From the NCBI RefSeq assembly GCF_041956535.1, contig NW_027192191.1, positions 1,189,443 to 1,253,442 on the forward strand: a stretch of 64,000 nt of DNA, in the 5' to 3' direction. The DNA comes from Calcarisporiella thermophila CBS 279.70 (Eukaryota > Fungi > Calcarisporiellomycota). Made by a program: the position numbers and the translations under genes. Shown in pieces: positions 25,601 to 39,267 of the stretch (position 1 is its first letter; every line of letters starts with the position of its first letter). Below the pieces are notes generated by a model that worked only from the letters and a program-made list of their open reading frames with translations, was not told the origin of the DNA and did no database searches.

Positions 25601-26430
25601 TACCTTTTTCATTCGGATATCTCCTAATCTTAGAGAAGAGGACGATAGATCATAGAGCCGTGTGAAAGGATATAAAACTTGCGTGAGCACATCGAATATT
25701 ACTTTATAATATTGTTGTAATTTTGGTCCACATCCGATGCATAAATTTCCTAGGCAGTTGACAGCCATGCGTCGTACCTCGAGTGGTTTCCCGTCGTCTG
25801 ATATAAATGGCTCAACAGTTTCAATAATAGAACCGTGTAGCTTAATGCAAGCAGTGCCATTTTCGTATATTAGTAAACTTAACGCGCGCAAAACATTCAT
25901 TAACCGAATAACTGGTTCACTTGACGAAGATTCATTCTGAAGCGATTTAAGCAAAAAATTAACTCCCACTTCGATTAGCCCACCCTTTGGAGCGCTAAGC
26001 TTAATCTATTGACTCATAACAAACATGAGCGAAGTTGTTCCAGAGAGATTTATTTTATTATACCTTTTGCTTTCGCTTCAAAAGAACAATTAGCTGACAA
26101 AGCTGATTCGAAATGACCTCATTTCCGACGTCAATTATTTTGAAAGAAACAGCTAATAAATTGCAGAAATCCTTTGAACGCAGTCAAGATTATATATATA
26201 AAAGAGCGTATGCAGATAAGTAAAATTGCGTTGATATTTAAAGTATTTCTTCGAATTACCTGGTCGTTAACTCCTGTGCGAGGATATTGTAATAGCAAGA
26301 GTGTGTTTAGAGCAGAATGGATTGCTTGCGTGGTCGCAAGTGATTCTGTTGTTGGGGGAGAGACAAACAGGCCCCCAGAGATGCGCTCCGATAAACTGAA
26401 AAATGAACAAAGATTATTCGGATCGCTCAT
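22605..26430 (-). CDS. HEATR6: HEAT/armadillo repeat protein, HEATR6-like (DUF4042)
   Basis: About 17 exons. VRINALNC, KFNFTSFSEKVGGFIRELH, LVSNTSYDRLHPGY, VRIRASWSLGNLCD, DNEKVRPNGLRALG, KARWNACHALAN and CKNFKVRIHACAAL. Confidence 0.88.
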
Positions 26431-27169
26431 TACATCCACTAACGAGAAAATAGTTGTAAAAAACAATTTAAATAATAATTTTGTGTAGGGCAGTTTTGCC
26501 AATTGACAAAATGGACATATTGAATAATCTTATATTAATAGCAATCCTTTAATTGATATTTAAAAAACATTGTTTTCAATTTCCTTACTAACGTTAATAT
26601 GTTATCATTCTTTGTATAGTAGAGTGCTGCTTTTGTCTCTTTTTTATTTCTCGGAAGAAACAAGCCGTAAACACAAGTCGTTAAAATAAATAAAACTGAG
26701 ATGTATAAAGCGTAGCACTTTCAAACGAATAGTTTACTTTAGCAAGGTGCTCTCACTCTCCAGGGTAATCTTTATGTGTTTCGTTCTTTCACTTTATACA
26801 CATACATTCCAGGATGACTGACTATTTAGGAACTAAGATTGATGTTTTATTATTTGTTTAATGTTTTGTTCATATATCAACTTTATATGGTTCCGTTAAC
26901 TTTCATCTGGATGAATTTTGTGCTTAAAATACCAAGGCCAATTTCAAGTTATTATCTCCTTCGTATTATAGGTTTTTTCTCCTTTCCTCTTGTGATTATC
27001 GCTCTTATTCTATTTAATCTCTACAGATAATTATAAATAATAACCTTATTTCCTGTAGAATGAAATTTGGAAATTAAAATATCCCGGTAAAATATCTTAT
27101 ACCCTATCCCTATGTAATTTAACTACTCGAGAATTTCTGGTCGTCGCGCATTACAACACATTTCAAATC

Positions 27170-29012
27170 ATGAATGAAAACGGCCCATTGAGTGCCTCCC
27201 TTTCGAATAGGTAAAGAATATATATAATAGATACAGCACTAGTAACACTTGCTTATCTGCCCTCTCCAATATTACTTTGCATTAAGTCATGAAAATCAGA
27301 ATTCCTCAAATGATCTGATCTCATCCTCTACTGTTGACGAGAGTATTTTATCTTCTATACCGCAACAATCCAGCGCAGCTCTTTCTCATGCTTTACCACA
27401 TGATAATCGAGCAGATTCTCCTAATTCAAATACGCAGCCTTCCTCCGAAGCCTCTCCCCTAGCTTCACAAGACAGAGCTAGTGATGAGACAGAATCTATC
27501 AATTTCCCAAGCTCACCGACACCAAACTCACAATCAACAACTGAAGAAGAAACAATTAATTCGATAGCTCCGCCAATTTCCATTGCCACTAAACCTCCTC
27601 GTAATCCTGCCAGACACTCATTGCCTGTCCAATCGGGCCAGAATGCTTCTTCGATCATTCCCTCTCAATCTTCATCTTCTTCTCAGCAACACTCCATTCA
27701 AAATAGTCATGTTCACAGAAGACACCACCACCATAAATCACGTCGGACTACTGATGCTAGTATTATTCCGCCTTCTCCAAAAGTTGGGGTCGCTCCTCCA
27801 ACAGGAATGTACTGGTCTAGGGCAGTCACTTATGGTAAAATATCTCCACCTAAAGCATTGCGAGCACACACGGTTAATGTGATTGGGGAGTTGATGTATG
27901 TGTTTGGCGGGTGCGATGCGAAAACATGTTTCAACACTCTTTATATTCTCGATTTAGGTATTGATATTTATTCTGATCTACTCTTCCGTATTATATTAAT
28001 TTTTCCCTATTTTATTTTTAACAGACACTATGTCGTGGTCCAAGCCCAAAACTCATGGCGAGCCTCCTCCCCCCTGTCGTGCTCACTCTTGCACTTTGGT
28101 TGATAAACGGCTCTTTCTATTTGGTGGTGGAGATGGACCAGTAAAATATTTTAATGATTTATATATTTTAAATACTGGTGAGCATTTTTTTTGCGTATTT
28201 TCTCTTCACTCTATTCTCAGATATATTTCTTGACAGAAACTCTGTTGTGGACTAAAGCAAACACCCAGGGCCAACCCCCCACCCCGCGACGTGCTCATTC
28301 ATCATGTTTTTATAATAATAAGCTTTACATCTTTGGGGGCGGCGATGGGATGCGAGCACTTAATGATGTTTACACGCTTGATATTAAGGATTCGAATTAT
28401 ATGGCATGGAGTAAGCTTTCTCCTCGTGGCGTTCCTCCAACTTCAAGAGGCTATCATACAAGCAATCTAGTTGGTGACAAATGGATCATTTTTGGTGGAA
28501 GCGACGGACACGAGTGCTTCAGTGACGTCAATATATTGGACCTTTGTATGAATTCTTTCCAAGCATTTTAACTTCTTCAAGTCCTGTCTAACATACTATA
28601 TAGCTACTCTGACCTGGATCCAGGTTGAATTAGATCGCCCGATTCCACGCTTATCACATACAGCAACTCAAGTTGGCTCGTATTTGTTCATAGTCGGTGG
28701 ACACGATGGGAGCCGTTATTCTTCTGATGTTCTGCTATTAAACTTAGGTAAACTTACCAAATCCTAGTCTAAATTTCCCCTTCAATATCTTACGAAGATC
28801 AATCTCATTTAGTAACCATGAGCTGGGAAACTCGTGAAGTTTATGGAGTTGCTCCTTCAGGACGCGGATATCATGCCACCACACTCTATGATTCGAGACT
28901 CTTTGTGTTTGGTGGGTATGATGGTCATTCAGTATTTGACGAGCTCTATATTCTCGAGTTAGGCGCGTGTGCTTATCTTCCACAAATCACGAACTTTACG
29001 GTAGAATGCTAA
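27170..29012 (+). CDS. Kelch-repeat protein with S/P-rich N-terminus
   Basis: Six kelch blades: RAHTVN..YVFGGCD, CRAHSC..LFGGGDG, RRAHSS..IFGGGDG, RGYHTS..IFGGSDG, RLSHTA..IVGGHDG and RGYHAT..VFGGYDG. Confidence 0.92.
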
Positions 29013-29900
29013 TAGATGTATCATGATATGCGGTCCTGTATTTTGAATTATTTGTTTGGTCCTGGGTTCATTATATTCAAAAGCTATGTCTATATTTTTT
29101 AACTCTGGTAGATTTCTTTGGTTTTACTTTTATCTGTGAATTGATATGTGCCTCACTTCGCACTTCGCCCTAATCTAACTTAATATTAAATCAGATAATT
29201 CCATTACTAAGAATTTTTTATGCTACTGTTTAAAACTGATTCGATGCAAAGATTTTCTGAAATAAGGTGGTTTTTGAATAGTCTCTAAGCGAAATGCATT
29301 TGAGATAGTTATGATAACAAATACTACAATTAGCATGTTCAGCCGACATATATTCACCAACAACGGATGTCCTACAATTACCGACTATAAACTCCCACCT
29401 ACAGGCGACCAACGAATTCTATAATGTGATATCAGCAGATATTTGAATGTCGAACTGAGATTGATATACTGAGCCAAGCATGCTTAAATTCGGAATTTTC
29501 AATCAAGGTCAGATAACTTCCCCTTTGTAAGATATTATCATACGAATACAGCTTTCCGGACTAAACTTTTCGCAGAAAAATATTTCATGAATTATGTCAA
29601 TTATATATTTATACGAAGAAATATAATATTTGTAAAATATATTAAGTAAATCTCCATTAGTGAGCCCAGATAGAAAAGTGTTTATGATAATGTTTTTTCT
29701 AATACTTCAGTAACAATATATTCTCCATATCTACATCTGATATTTTCTGCATGAGAGTTGATGCTGAGTTTATGTTTTTTGTGCGTTTACTTCCCAGGTG
29801 ACTGTTATGTTACAAAATCGGATGATTCTCTAAATTCCCATATATATACTCTAATTTGAAAGAAGGGGGAGTATTAAGTATACAAAAAATATTTTCAGAA

Positions 29901-31771
29901 ATGGCAGAAACCGAAGAGAAAGACAAGAAATTTTTATGGTTTATTCGTATCAGATCGGACATATCTCCTCTTAACTTTTGCGGCTTTATCGTCACAGTCC
30001 TTTTTTCCATCACTTTCTTTGTCTTTTTGAATTCTTCAACGAGCTTTGTAATCAGCGTGTTACTGGGAATTACAAATAACATTGGCCAATATTCGGGAGA
30101 TTTGACATTTTATGGTATATCAAAGAATCTTAATACAATGAATAAGTTACTTACTCTGGATTTTTAGACGAAATTTTGACTCTTTTCCTTGCACTCTTCT
30201 GGGGCAGCTTATCTGATCGCATCGGCAGGCGTCCGGTTGCAGTGGCATCTTATCTCTTGATCGGATTGAGCATGTTTGTGTTCACTCTAGCGAAAAATGT
30301 TTATCCGGATCTTCTTCTCTGTCGTTTGGTATTTGCAGCAGGAGCTTCTGGCGCTTCCACCATGATAACAGCCCTTACTGGTGACTATACCGGACGAAAT
30401 CGTGGAACTATGTCGGCAATAGCAGGACTTGTTGCTGGTATTGGTAAGTTAAATTAGTTCGACTTTTCGATTACTATATTTCATCAGTTTAATTATTGAT
30501 ATATTTGCAGGAGCTTTAATTGGGGTTTTTGGACTATTACCAATGCCTGCAACACTCCAGTCTCGCTATGGTTCATTAGAACAAGCTGTGAGAGTTTCCT
30601 TTTATGCCACGGGTGCGATTGCTTTCGGCGTGGCAATCTTGGCATTTTTATTGCTGAAAAATGAAAAGGATCGCAGTCTTATCAAATGGATGCGGGGCGA
30701 AAATAGGGAATTGGTAAAGGAATCCTATTTTAAGCTCATTGGTCGAGGCTTCTTGTCTGCAAAGCAAGATACTCGTATCATGCTTGCCTATATCGGAGGC
30801 TTTGTGGTATGAATATTAAACAAAACGATTAGATCTATAGTGCTATTTTTAACATTTGTCTCATTTAAAGGCACGCGCGGATTCCATCATGGCATCACTA
30901 TTTATCACACTGATTATTAATCAATACTTCATTTCCAACAAATTGTGTCAAGTTGGTGTTTCGAGTGCTTATGCTGATACTGCTGCAATTAGGTCATCAT
31001 GTCGCGATGCGTACACTACTTCTTCTATTATTTCAGGGTAACAATATCTTTTATTTCTACGTCTTACTCTTCTACTTACCACTATATTCTTTTTAAAAGC
31101 ATCTCATCCGTATTCGCTCTTATTGGTGCACCACTCTTTGGATTCCTGGTAATAAGTGAATTGATATTCGACAATCGTTAAAGAATATTAATAGAAGATT
31201 AATCATTCGCATAGGCTGATAGAATACCTAGAACTATTGCTCTCTCAGTTGCTTGTGTATGCGGAGTGGTTGCATTTTTTGGAATGGGATTAATTCCTGA
31301 TCCCCGTAGCAAAATTGCATACTTCTTCTGTAATAATTATGGCTGTTGGTTTTTTTTTTTACAGTAACTAACATCTGCGCTTATAGCTGCAATGATCGGT
31401 ATAGCACAAATTGGTACAATTGTTACCAGTCTTGCATTGGTATCTGAGGACTATGTATCCCCTGAAATCCGAGGATCTGTTAGTGGGACGTACACCTTGA
31501 TGGGAGGCATCGGGATTCTTGTAATATCGAAGCTTGTAAGTTAAGAGCTTCTATTAATGAAATATGGAGAGTTTTAATCAATCACATACAATAGGGTGGA
31601 CACTTATTTGATTCGTGGACTCCTGGCGCACCATTTATAATCATGGGTATAATGCACGCTATTGTAGCAATATTTGGTTTCATCGTCGAAATAATTAGCC
31701 GCAAAAGAAAAGGCCATCAGCTCGATGCAAGCCCGAATGAGGACGGGCTTCAAAAAGATACTGATATTTAA
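29901..31771 (+). CDS. Major facilitator superfamily transporter
   Basis: MFS motif A WGSLSDRIGRRPV, LCRLVFAAG and second-half LADRIPR. About 12 hydrophobic segments, and RGSVSGTY. Confidence 0.9.
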
Positions 31772-32107
31772 AAATGATCTAATTTTCCAGATACCTAGTT
31801 TACAGTGTATATTTAATTATTTATTTTAATAAATTTACTAATCTCATATTCTATTTCAGTGAAGAAAATATATATTAAGACATAATAAAAATGCAAATCT
31901 TCAAAGTGTAGTAGCTATGTGATTTTTATTACATTTATGTCATCCAAATAAATTAGATACAGAATTTATCAATGAAATAGAGAAAATTGCCACCTTGTAA
32001 TTTTTGCTAAAAAATCTATGGATAAAACTACTACCGTGGCTTGGCTAGGATTTTCTTGGATTCCTTCAAATCCTGACTTCTAGTGATCCTCATAAGACTT
32101 AATTGTA

Positions 32108-33629
32108 ATGACAGATCAAGGTAAAGTGCGAAAGATGCTAAAACAATAAGTGATATTGGTTCTACCCTATTCCAACCAATTTTCTATTTCATTTCTTATA
32201 GCTTCATCTATATATTCTAGCATCGATGATGTTCCTCTTATTGTTTCGCCGCACCATAAATTACCCCAACCGGTAAGTTTATCAGAAATATGTCCTTTTC
32301 ACCTAATATAATAGAATTAACAACATCGTTATATAATAAAGATAAACTTACCCTACGACTTTGCGATTATACCTGAGATTATTTCCGAATATGTTAGGCT
32401 TCATTTCTCAATATTGAAGAATTCAATCTAAAATTTTTTTGATCTTGTCCCTCTAGCATCAATATGACTTCAAACTCGAAAATACTGTCATCGAAGAATC
32501 GCAGCGAAGGCGTCTCTGTGCGGAAGAATTTGCCAAAACTATGGAGGAACAAACTCGAAAAAATGAGGAAACACGAAGGCAACGTGAACGTGAGTTGACC
32601 AAGCGACTTGCGCCCGGATTCGACCCAGACGCAGACGAGGGAATTCTACAGCCTGTTAAAGTGCTTGCATCTAGAAAGGGGCGAGAGTCTGAAGGATCAC
32701 AACCTTTTCATCAGCATGTGCGATCCGCATCTGCCGATAGTACAGCTCGCGCGAAAGAATCTCTTCAAAGTGGCAATAGCGTAATTATTCAGCTATATTG
32801 ATTGTATTTATTTACATATATTATAATTATTTTTATTTAGAAACATTTTGGGACAACAATTCCTCAATCTAAGCAATCCAACCTTTTTTCTTTTCTGGAA
32901 TTTGAGCAAGGCTTGCCTCCTCCAGATCCGTGGGATACCCCTGAAGCCATTGTAGACGATTTAACCGCGCTTAAAGATGTTCTTGGAGTTCAAATGAATA
33001 CCTCGGGTAGCTCGTTAAGCAATGTACCCCTGGAAAATCCTAATAACTCTACGCTCTTCCGATCATCGACTTCAATTCAAGCTTCTCAGTCTATGGCTCC
33101 AAATACAGGTTCACTCAGACCACTAAGTCTCCAACCATTGATTAGGGATCAAAATTCGTCTAGTCAGCTTTCCCGTGCACTATCACACTTGAATATATCT
33201 CATCCATCCGGCTTTTCCTCTTCGCCCTCGCTGCCTGCAATAACAAGCGCACCTCAACGAAGCTTACCTTCTCCACCTTCAAAACCCACGCCCGTGAATG
33301 TTCTTTCCAACACTACCCATACGAACGATGATTCCGCTTCAACAGAAACTCATCTGATGGAATCGTCACCTTTTACCAGTTCGCAAGCTTCAAACAGCCA
33401 CTGGGGGCTTCCTAATCTCAATTTCGATTCTTCTCAAACGCCTTCCCATGCACAGCAGTCTCAACAATCACATCCACAGGAAGAAGAGAAAAGCTTGGAC
33501 TTGAGTAATAGCGAATCAGTGAATCAACTAATCCAAATGGGATTTAGTCATGATCAATCATTAGATGCCTTAAAACGATATGACTATGACCTTGAGAAAG
33601 CGACAAATTATTTGTTGGATATGATATGA
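32108..33629 (+). CDS. UBAP1: UBAP1-like ESCRT-I subunit (N-terminal UMA domain, C-terminal UBA)
   Basis: IDDVPLIVSPHHKLPQP|INLPYDF..QYDFKLENTVI (UMA-like), FLEFEQG..DPWD..DDLTALKDVL, and the UBA LIQMGFSHDQSLDALKRYDYDLEKATNYLL. Confidence 0.75.
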
Positions 33630-33833
33630 GATCCTTTAACGTAGCTTTTTATATTTTTTATATTTTTTTTTTTTTTACATTTAACACCTATTTATGTTTG
33701 ATTATCTGCAAATGATAGAGCTATCTTCACTTTTTAATAAAGAATCGGAGTCGATTACTCACTTATAAATATTTAAATATTAGAAATGATATTTAAAAAC
33801 AAATTCAAAGTATAAAGGGCAGTTAAACTCTAA

Positions 33834-36800
33834 CTATTGAGCCTTGCAAAGCATCTCTATTATAGCCTGTATATTATCAGTATCATGTAGGGATTGTACT
33901 CTTCTTGCCTCGTCCAATGGAGTTCGATCCCATCGATCCAATATACCTGGTTTGATATGAGAAAAACTTAATAGATATTCGACTATTTCAAGGCAAGATT
34001 CGGCGGCAGCCTATAAAACGTAAAAATATATTAATTACTTGGTTATAAGATTTCAATATAAAAGCCAGTAAATTACTATATGTAGAGCTGTCCTCCCATC
34101 GATCGAAGATTTGGAATTAATATCAAATCCAGCTTCAATAATGAGTTGAACTGTTTCAAGATCACCAGCCAATACAGCACTGGAATAAGGATAGAAGTTT
34201 ATGATTAGAAATTGATACTTTGGTAAATGAAAGTATAAACAAATTACTTGAAGAAAAACCAAGTCATTTCTTGTAACTCGAAATCGCTGAAATGCGCTCC
34301 TGCCTTTCGCAATAGTCGCACAACGGCTAGGTTACCGGAGCGCACTGCATCGAATAAAGGAGTATGATTAAATCGGTCTCGAACGTGGACACTCGCTCCG
34401 TTTAACAATAAAAATTCTACAATAGAAATGTGTCCATCGCTACATGCAACGTGAAGAGCTAAGTGCAAAATAACTAAATATAGGTATGAAAACACGATAT
34501 CTCTAAACTAATAAACTTACGAGTTCGACCGTCATAATCGGCAATTGTCATTTGCAGAGTCCCTGTAGATGCGTCTCGGAGTGAACGAAGAGCTTCCAAA
34601 TCATTAGATGCTGCCGCAGAACACAGCAGAACAGCATATAATGATTTTTCTAATAATACTCGTTCTTGAACTGACATGACCATCCTAGCCACATCTGCCG
34701 AGCCATTTTCTATTGCCTCACGGTGCAAATCTGCCGATGCCGCAGCAACGATTGCACGAACAAGATGATGAGGGCGGTTATGGTAAGAGAAACGTTGTCG
34801 CGTTGCAACAACGGTTAATTCTCCACGTAAGTTTTTGGTCATCAAATTACGAATCTTTTCAGGAGAATATTTCTTTCCAAGCAGATAGGAAAGTTTAGTA
34901 AGTGCACACTATTAAAAAGAGAAAGGAAAATTTTAGTACTAGACGAGCACAAGCGAATAACTTTGCTATAATAATACCTCTGCTGTCATATCACTACCAG
35001 GAACTACCCCTGCTTTATATAAAACTTTGCCTGTAGCATAAAGATCACTGACGAGTCCCTTATTACCTAAAAGATATATTATTAAATGGATAGAACTAGA
35101 ACAATGAAGCTATCAAATTTACACTGGGTGCAATTAACAATCACTACTCCCCGCTCATTAGCTTCTTTCAAGGCTCGAACTAAATCTTCTCGTGCGTTTG
35201 GAGCGTTCCCAGCCCCATATGTCTCAAGGACCACACCTTCGATCTTAAGATGTAGAGAAGAAATATAAAAGCACGTAAGATCTCGAATTAGCTTAAATTT
35301 CAAATTAAAAATAAGCATACAGGAGGCGCAAGGAAGGCACGAACAGTCGACTCTGTGATACCAGGAAAAAGTCGTAAAGTAGCGACATTTGGGTTCATCT
35401 CTTTATGAGCACGAAATTTCGCAATAGTAGAGGGCCTCAACACCTCAGACCATGCAACATCAAAATTGATTCCCACATTCACTAATGGCCGAAGGTTATG
35501 TGAATCAAATGCATCAAGGTCAACTGCAGAAACTTTAGTAACACGATTTCCTCGAAAAAGTTTATTGCTGAAATATAAAGTGACCTCCGGAATAACAAAG
35601 TGACCTGCTATGGTGAGAGCTCCCAGCAAATTCTCAAGGCCGTCGTTACGAACCTCTGAAATTGGTACCTACATACAAATACATCAATGTAATGTAAATA
35701 GCGAGATACACTACATCCAATCTACTTGTGAGCCAGTGAGAATGACCGTTTTGCTATATGTAGGACAATAAGCCAGGTGAAATGGAGAGAGTATTGTAAG
35801 AATTTTATATATACCCGAGCTCTTCTAGCATAAAACTTAAAGCAGATGCCGTATATGCCATTGTATCAGTACCTGAAATAATATCATTACATTAGCAGCT
35901 CTTATCAAAAAAGTGAAACTAGTATATACCATGTAGAATAATAAAAGCGTCAAACAACGTGTAATTGTCCTCTATATCTGTCGCTATTCTCTTCCAATCT
36001 AGTTGAAATGTTTGAGAACCAATTATTGTGTAAGCAACGATTGCAATATACTATACCTGACATCGTCATGTTGCTAGAATCCAATAGAGGCTCATATTCA
36101 AGAATAGAATATCTTTTGGAGAGTCAAGTCAAGTAAACTCTTTTAGAATTGAAGAGTATATACCTTATTCTCTTGCCAAATAAACTGGGTGGAGTAATAA
36201 GACTTGGAATGCGGAACTCACGACCCTCACCATCCTCTAAACTATGAAAATCTGGTTTGCGAGGCAGTCGAACTTTATTTAATCCTATTGGAGTCGGTAC
36301 GGATATCTGATTGAGCTCCTGTAAATCCGTCGAAGAACTACAGCGAGAACGATGCCCAAAAATGGAAAGGCCCTCAGGATCATGAAACCGGGACATTTGA
36401 GAAAGGGTATGCGCTAAAAAGTTTGGGACCTATAACAATTACTGAAAGATCAGATAAACTTCGGTGTACATGTAATAACTATGGTCACATACTGGGACAT
36501 AGCCATTGCTGGTATTTTTCATTCCAATAGTGCCACCGGTATATATCACTTCAAAAATTGAAATTGTGAAAAAAAGAACTTTAGATTAAATCGAGTAACC
36601 GCACATACCGAGAACACGAGAGATATCTTATAAGTAGCATGATAAATCAATAATCAATTATGAAATACATGTTGAGTTCATATAACAATACTAACCTGGT
36701 GTCAACATATCATCTCGGTCGACACTAAGTTGATATTCCACAGCATCATTTTCATCTAATCGAAGAAAATATTAAACATTATGAGTACCAGAAGAAACAA

Positions 36801-36874
36801 TGTAACAATAACATACAATATGTCGTTTCATTCAAATTATTAATTTTTTCGTGGGAATTTTCAGTTCCCTCCAT
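33834..36874 (-). CDS. ASPG: Type I L-asparaginase with C-terminal ankyrin repeats (ASPG / 60-kDa lysophospholipase type)
   Basis: RVLVIYTGGTIGM, LLDSSNMT, LHG|TDTMAYTASALSF, VILTGSQ, FRGNRVTK, LETYGAGNAP, DMTAECALTKLSYLL and ankyrin repeats DYDGRTPLHVAC, DRFNHTPL, DRWDRTPLDEA. Confidence 0.95.
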
Positions 36875-37324
36875 GACGCCGGTTAAGTTCTTTGACACTC
36901 TTGAATCCAAAAATAATAACTTTACTGCAAAATATATGAAACTATAAAATTATATAAAACCATCCACGTGACATGCAAAAATCATCAGAGCAAAATTGAG
37001 GAAGTTATTGAAAAATAAAATGAAACTAGCGCAACTTCTATACCTATGAGTTAGCGAGAAAAGAGGAAAAAGAGCTTAACAAAATGTATATATTTTTAAT
37101 ACTTTCAATATATTCCCTTAATTATCTATTTTTTACTTTCAATTAGTAATTTTTGTCTTTTAGTTTTTCTTGATTGGATTATTTTTCAAAATTATTTTGA
37201 ATTTGTAAATAATTTTTCATTTTTTTTAAAAATTTTTATTTTTTAAATTTATCAAATTTAAATTTATATTTTGGTTAATAATTTTTTTTATTTGAGATTT
37301 TATTTGTTAATTTCAAACATTGCA

Positions 37325-38150
37325 TTAATATTTCTTGCGATCGCGCGAGCGAGGACGTGAACGCCTATTATAGTCTCTACTATAAGCTCTTTCGCATGAA
37401 TCCTGTCGTGAAATATGAGTGAGTGTGTCGTTTGAAGGACTATTTCCCTTTGAGTAGGCATGTGGTGAACGTGAACGTGATCGGGATTTTCTATCGTGCT
37501 TCCGTGTTTCCTTTTCATCCTCGTCCCTATCATCATCTTTCGGTGGGCGATAGTTTTTAACCTATTAGTGAGTAAATAAACAGTTAAGCTTTATATCAAT
37601 CAGAAGGCTTTAAAAGAACATCGAATACATGGTCAACTCTTATTGTTCGGCCCAGTATCTAAAGACAATAAAGATAATTAATGAATATCAATAATATAAT
37701 ATTTTAAAAGAAATTACTTTTGTGTTGTTAAAATTGTCAACAGCAAGGATGGTGCTTCTCTGATCCTCATATTTGACGAAAGCAAATCCTTTTGATTTTC
37801 CTGTTTTCTTGTCTCTGACAAGATTTATATCTGTCACTTCTCCATACCTATAAAAGGAGCATACAATCAATAATGTATAAAGAAAAGCAATGAATGTAGT
37901 AATACTGAACTGTGAGAATATGCAAATGATGTCCCCTTCCGTTAAGTCAAAGGGAAGTCCGCCAACATATACATAAGCAGAGTGTTTATAATCTGAGTGC
38001 CAAGATGCAGCTTCAGAAATTCCTCTAAACGCCTCTTGTTCATTTATTCGTTGGATCTCCTTAATAACACTAAATAAATAAAAAAAGGATGAAATAGTTT
38101 AGCAAGATCATTTGTAACCTTCATAAATACACTCAAGAAACTTGCTTCAT
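37325..38150 (-). CDS. RBMX2: RES complex RRM subunit RBMX2/Snu17(Ist3) with RS-rich tail
   Basis: MN|[81 protein letters not shown]. The first intron is GC-AG. Confidence 0.95.
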
Positions 38151-38374
38151 GTTATAATATTTCTGTTCATATTACAACTGCACCTTATTGTATCTGACTA
38201 CTTTGTAGGGAGAGGATGCTAACCTAACCTGATTTAATTTTTAAACATTTGCTAATTTTTTTCATATAAAATGCTTTAATCTTGATTTTTACTTGACAAG
38301 AGCTCCTTTTTTTCGACAACATTTAAAAATTATAAGTCGACCGTTAGTATAATCTGAACTTATTTACTAGTGCT

Positions 38375-38953
38375 ATGTCGAGTACACAACCCAAAACTCA
38401 AAACAATCAACCTCAGTCGGAAAAATCCAACAAAGATCAGGGGGATCAAATAAAACCGAAGGAAAAGGCCCCAGCGCTTACCAGATCAGCTAGAGCTGGT
38501 CTTCAGGTATATATCTGATAATAATTCATTCTTTATCGATTGGTTTGAATTTCTCTCTTTTTTTTTTTACTCATTTAGTTCCCTGTTGGTCGCATTCATC
38601 GATATCTCAAAAATAAAAGCATGAATAATGCTCGAGTTGGTGCGAAGGCCGCCGTTTACGCTGCAGCTATTCTAGAATATTTATGTGCTGAGGTAAGCTA
38701 TATAATGCAATGTTTTGGCTTTAATCCTTTTTAATCTTTTTATCACAATTAGGTTCTGGAATTAGCTGGTAACGCGACCAAAGATCTCAAAGTAAAACGC
38801 ATCACTCCTCGTCATCTTCAATTAGCTATTCGCGGAGATGAAGAGCTCGATACTTTAATTAGAGCAACGATCGCAGGTGGTGGTGTGCTTCCACACATAC
38901 ATTCCAAGTTAATCGGAAAACCGGGAAAGTCAAAAGGAAAGAAGCCCTCTTAA
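38375..38953 (+). CDS. HTZ1: Histone H2A.Z with atypical N-terminal tail
   Basis: SARAGLQ|[21 protein letters not shown]|[50 protein letters not shown]. Two introns. Confidence 0.95.
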
Positions 38954-39267
38954 TAATCTCTTTATTCATTTTTTTTTTCATTTTACTGTAATGTATATTT
39001 CTTTGTCATTTTGATTTTTTGCAGTGAAGTTATGGTATAAATAATTTTTAGTATTTGTATAGAAAAATAGTATCCCTTGAATATGAAAGTTATTAAGAAC
39101 TAGAGAGGACTTTAGAATCCAAAAGTATTAGGTAAAGATGTTCTTTATAAGCAGTTAAAAAAAAGAATGAAAAGATGTAATTAAAAGCGTCATTTATTTT
39201 AAGAAGGAAAATATACAGGTATATCAATCAATAAATATATAGTTATAAATTCAAATATTTTTAACTA

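Noticed and set aside
25663-25672. ATATCCTTT on the minus strand in HEATR6 (also at about 58983 in PLD1) as further U12 donors
   Set aside because: Both fall inside continuous coding frames (VLYPF and QDILSD) with no matching branch site or AC acceptor.
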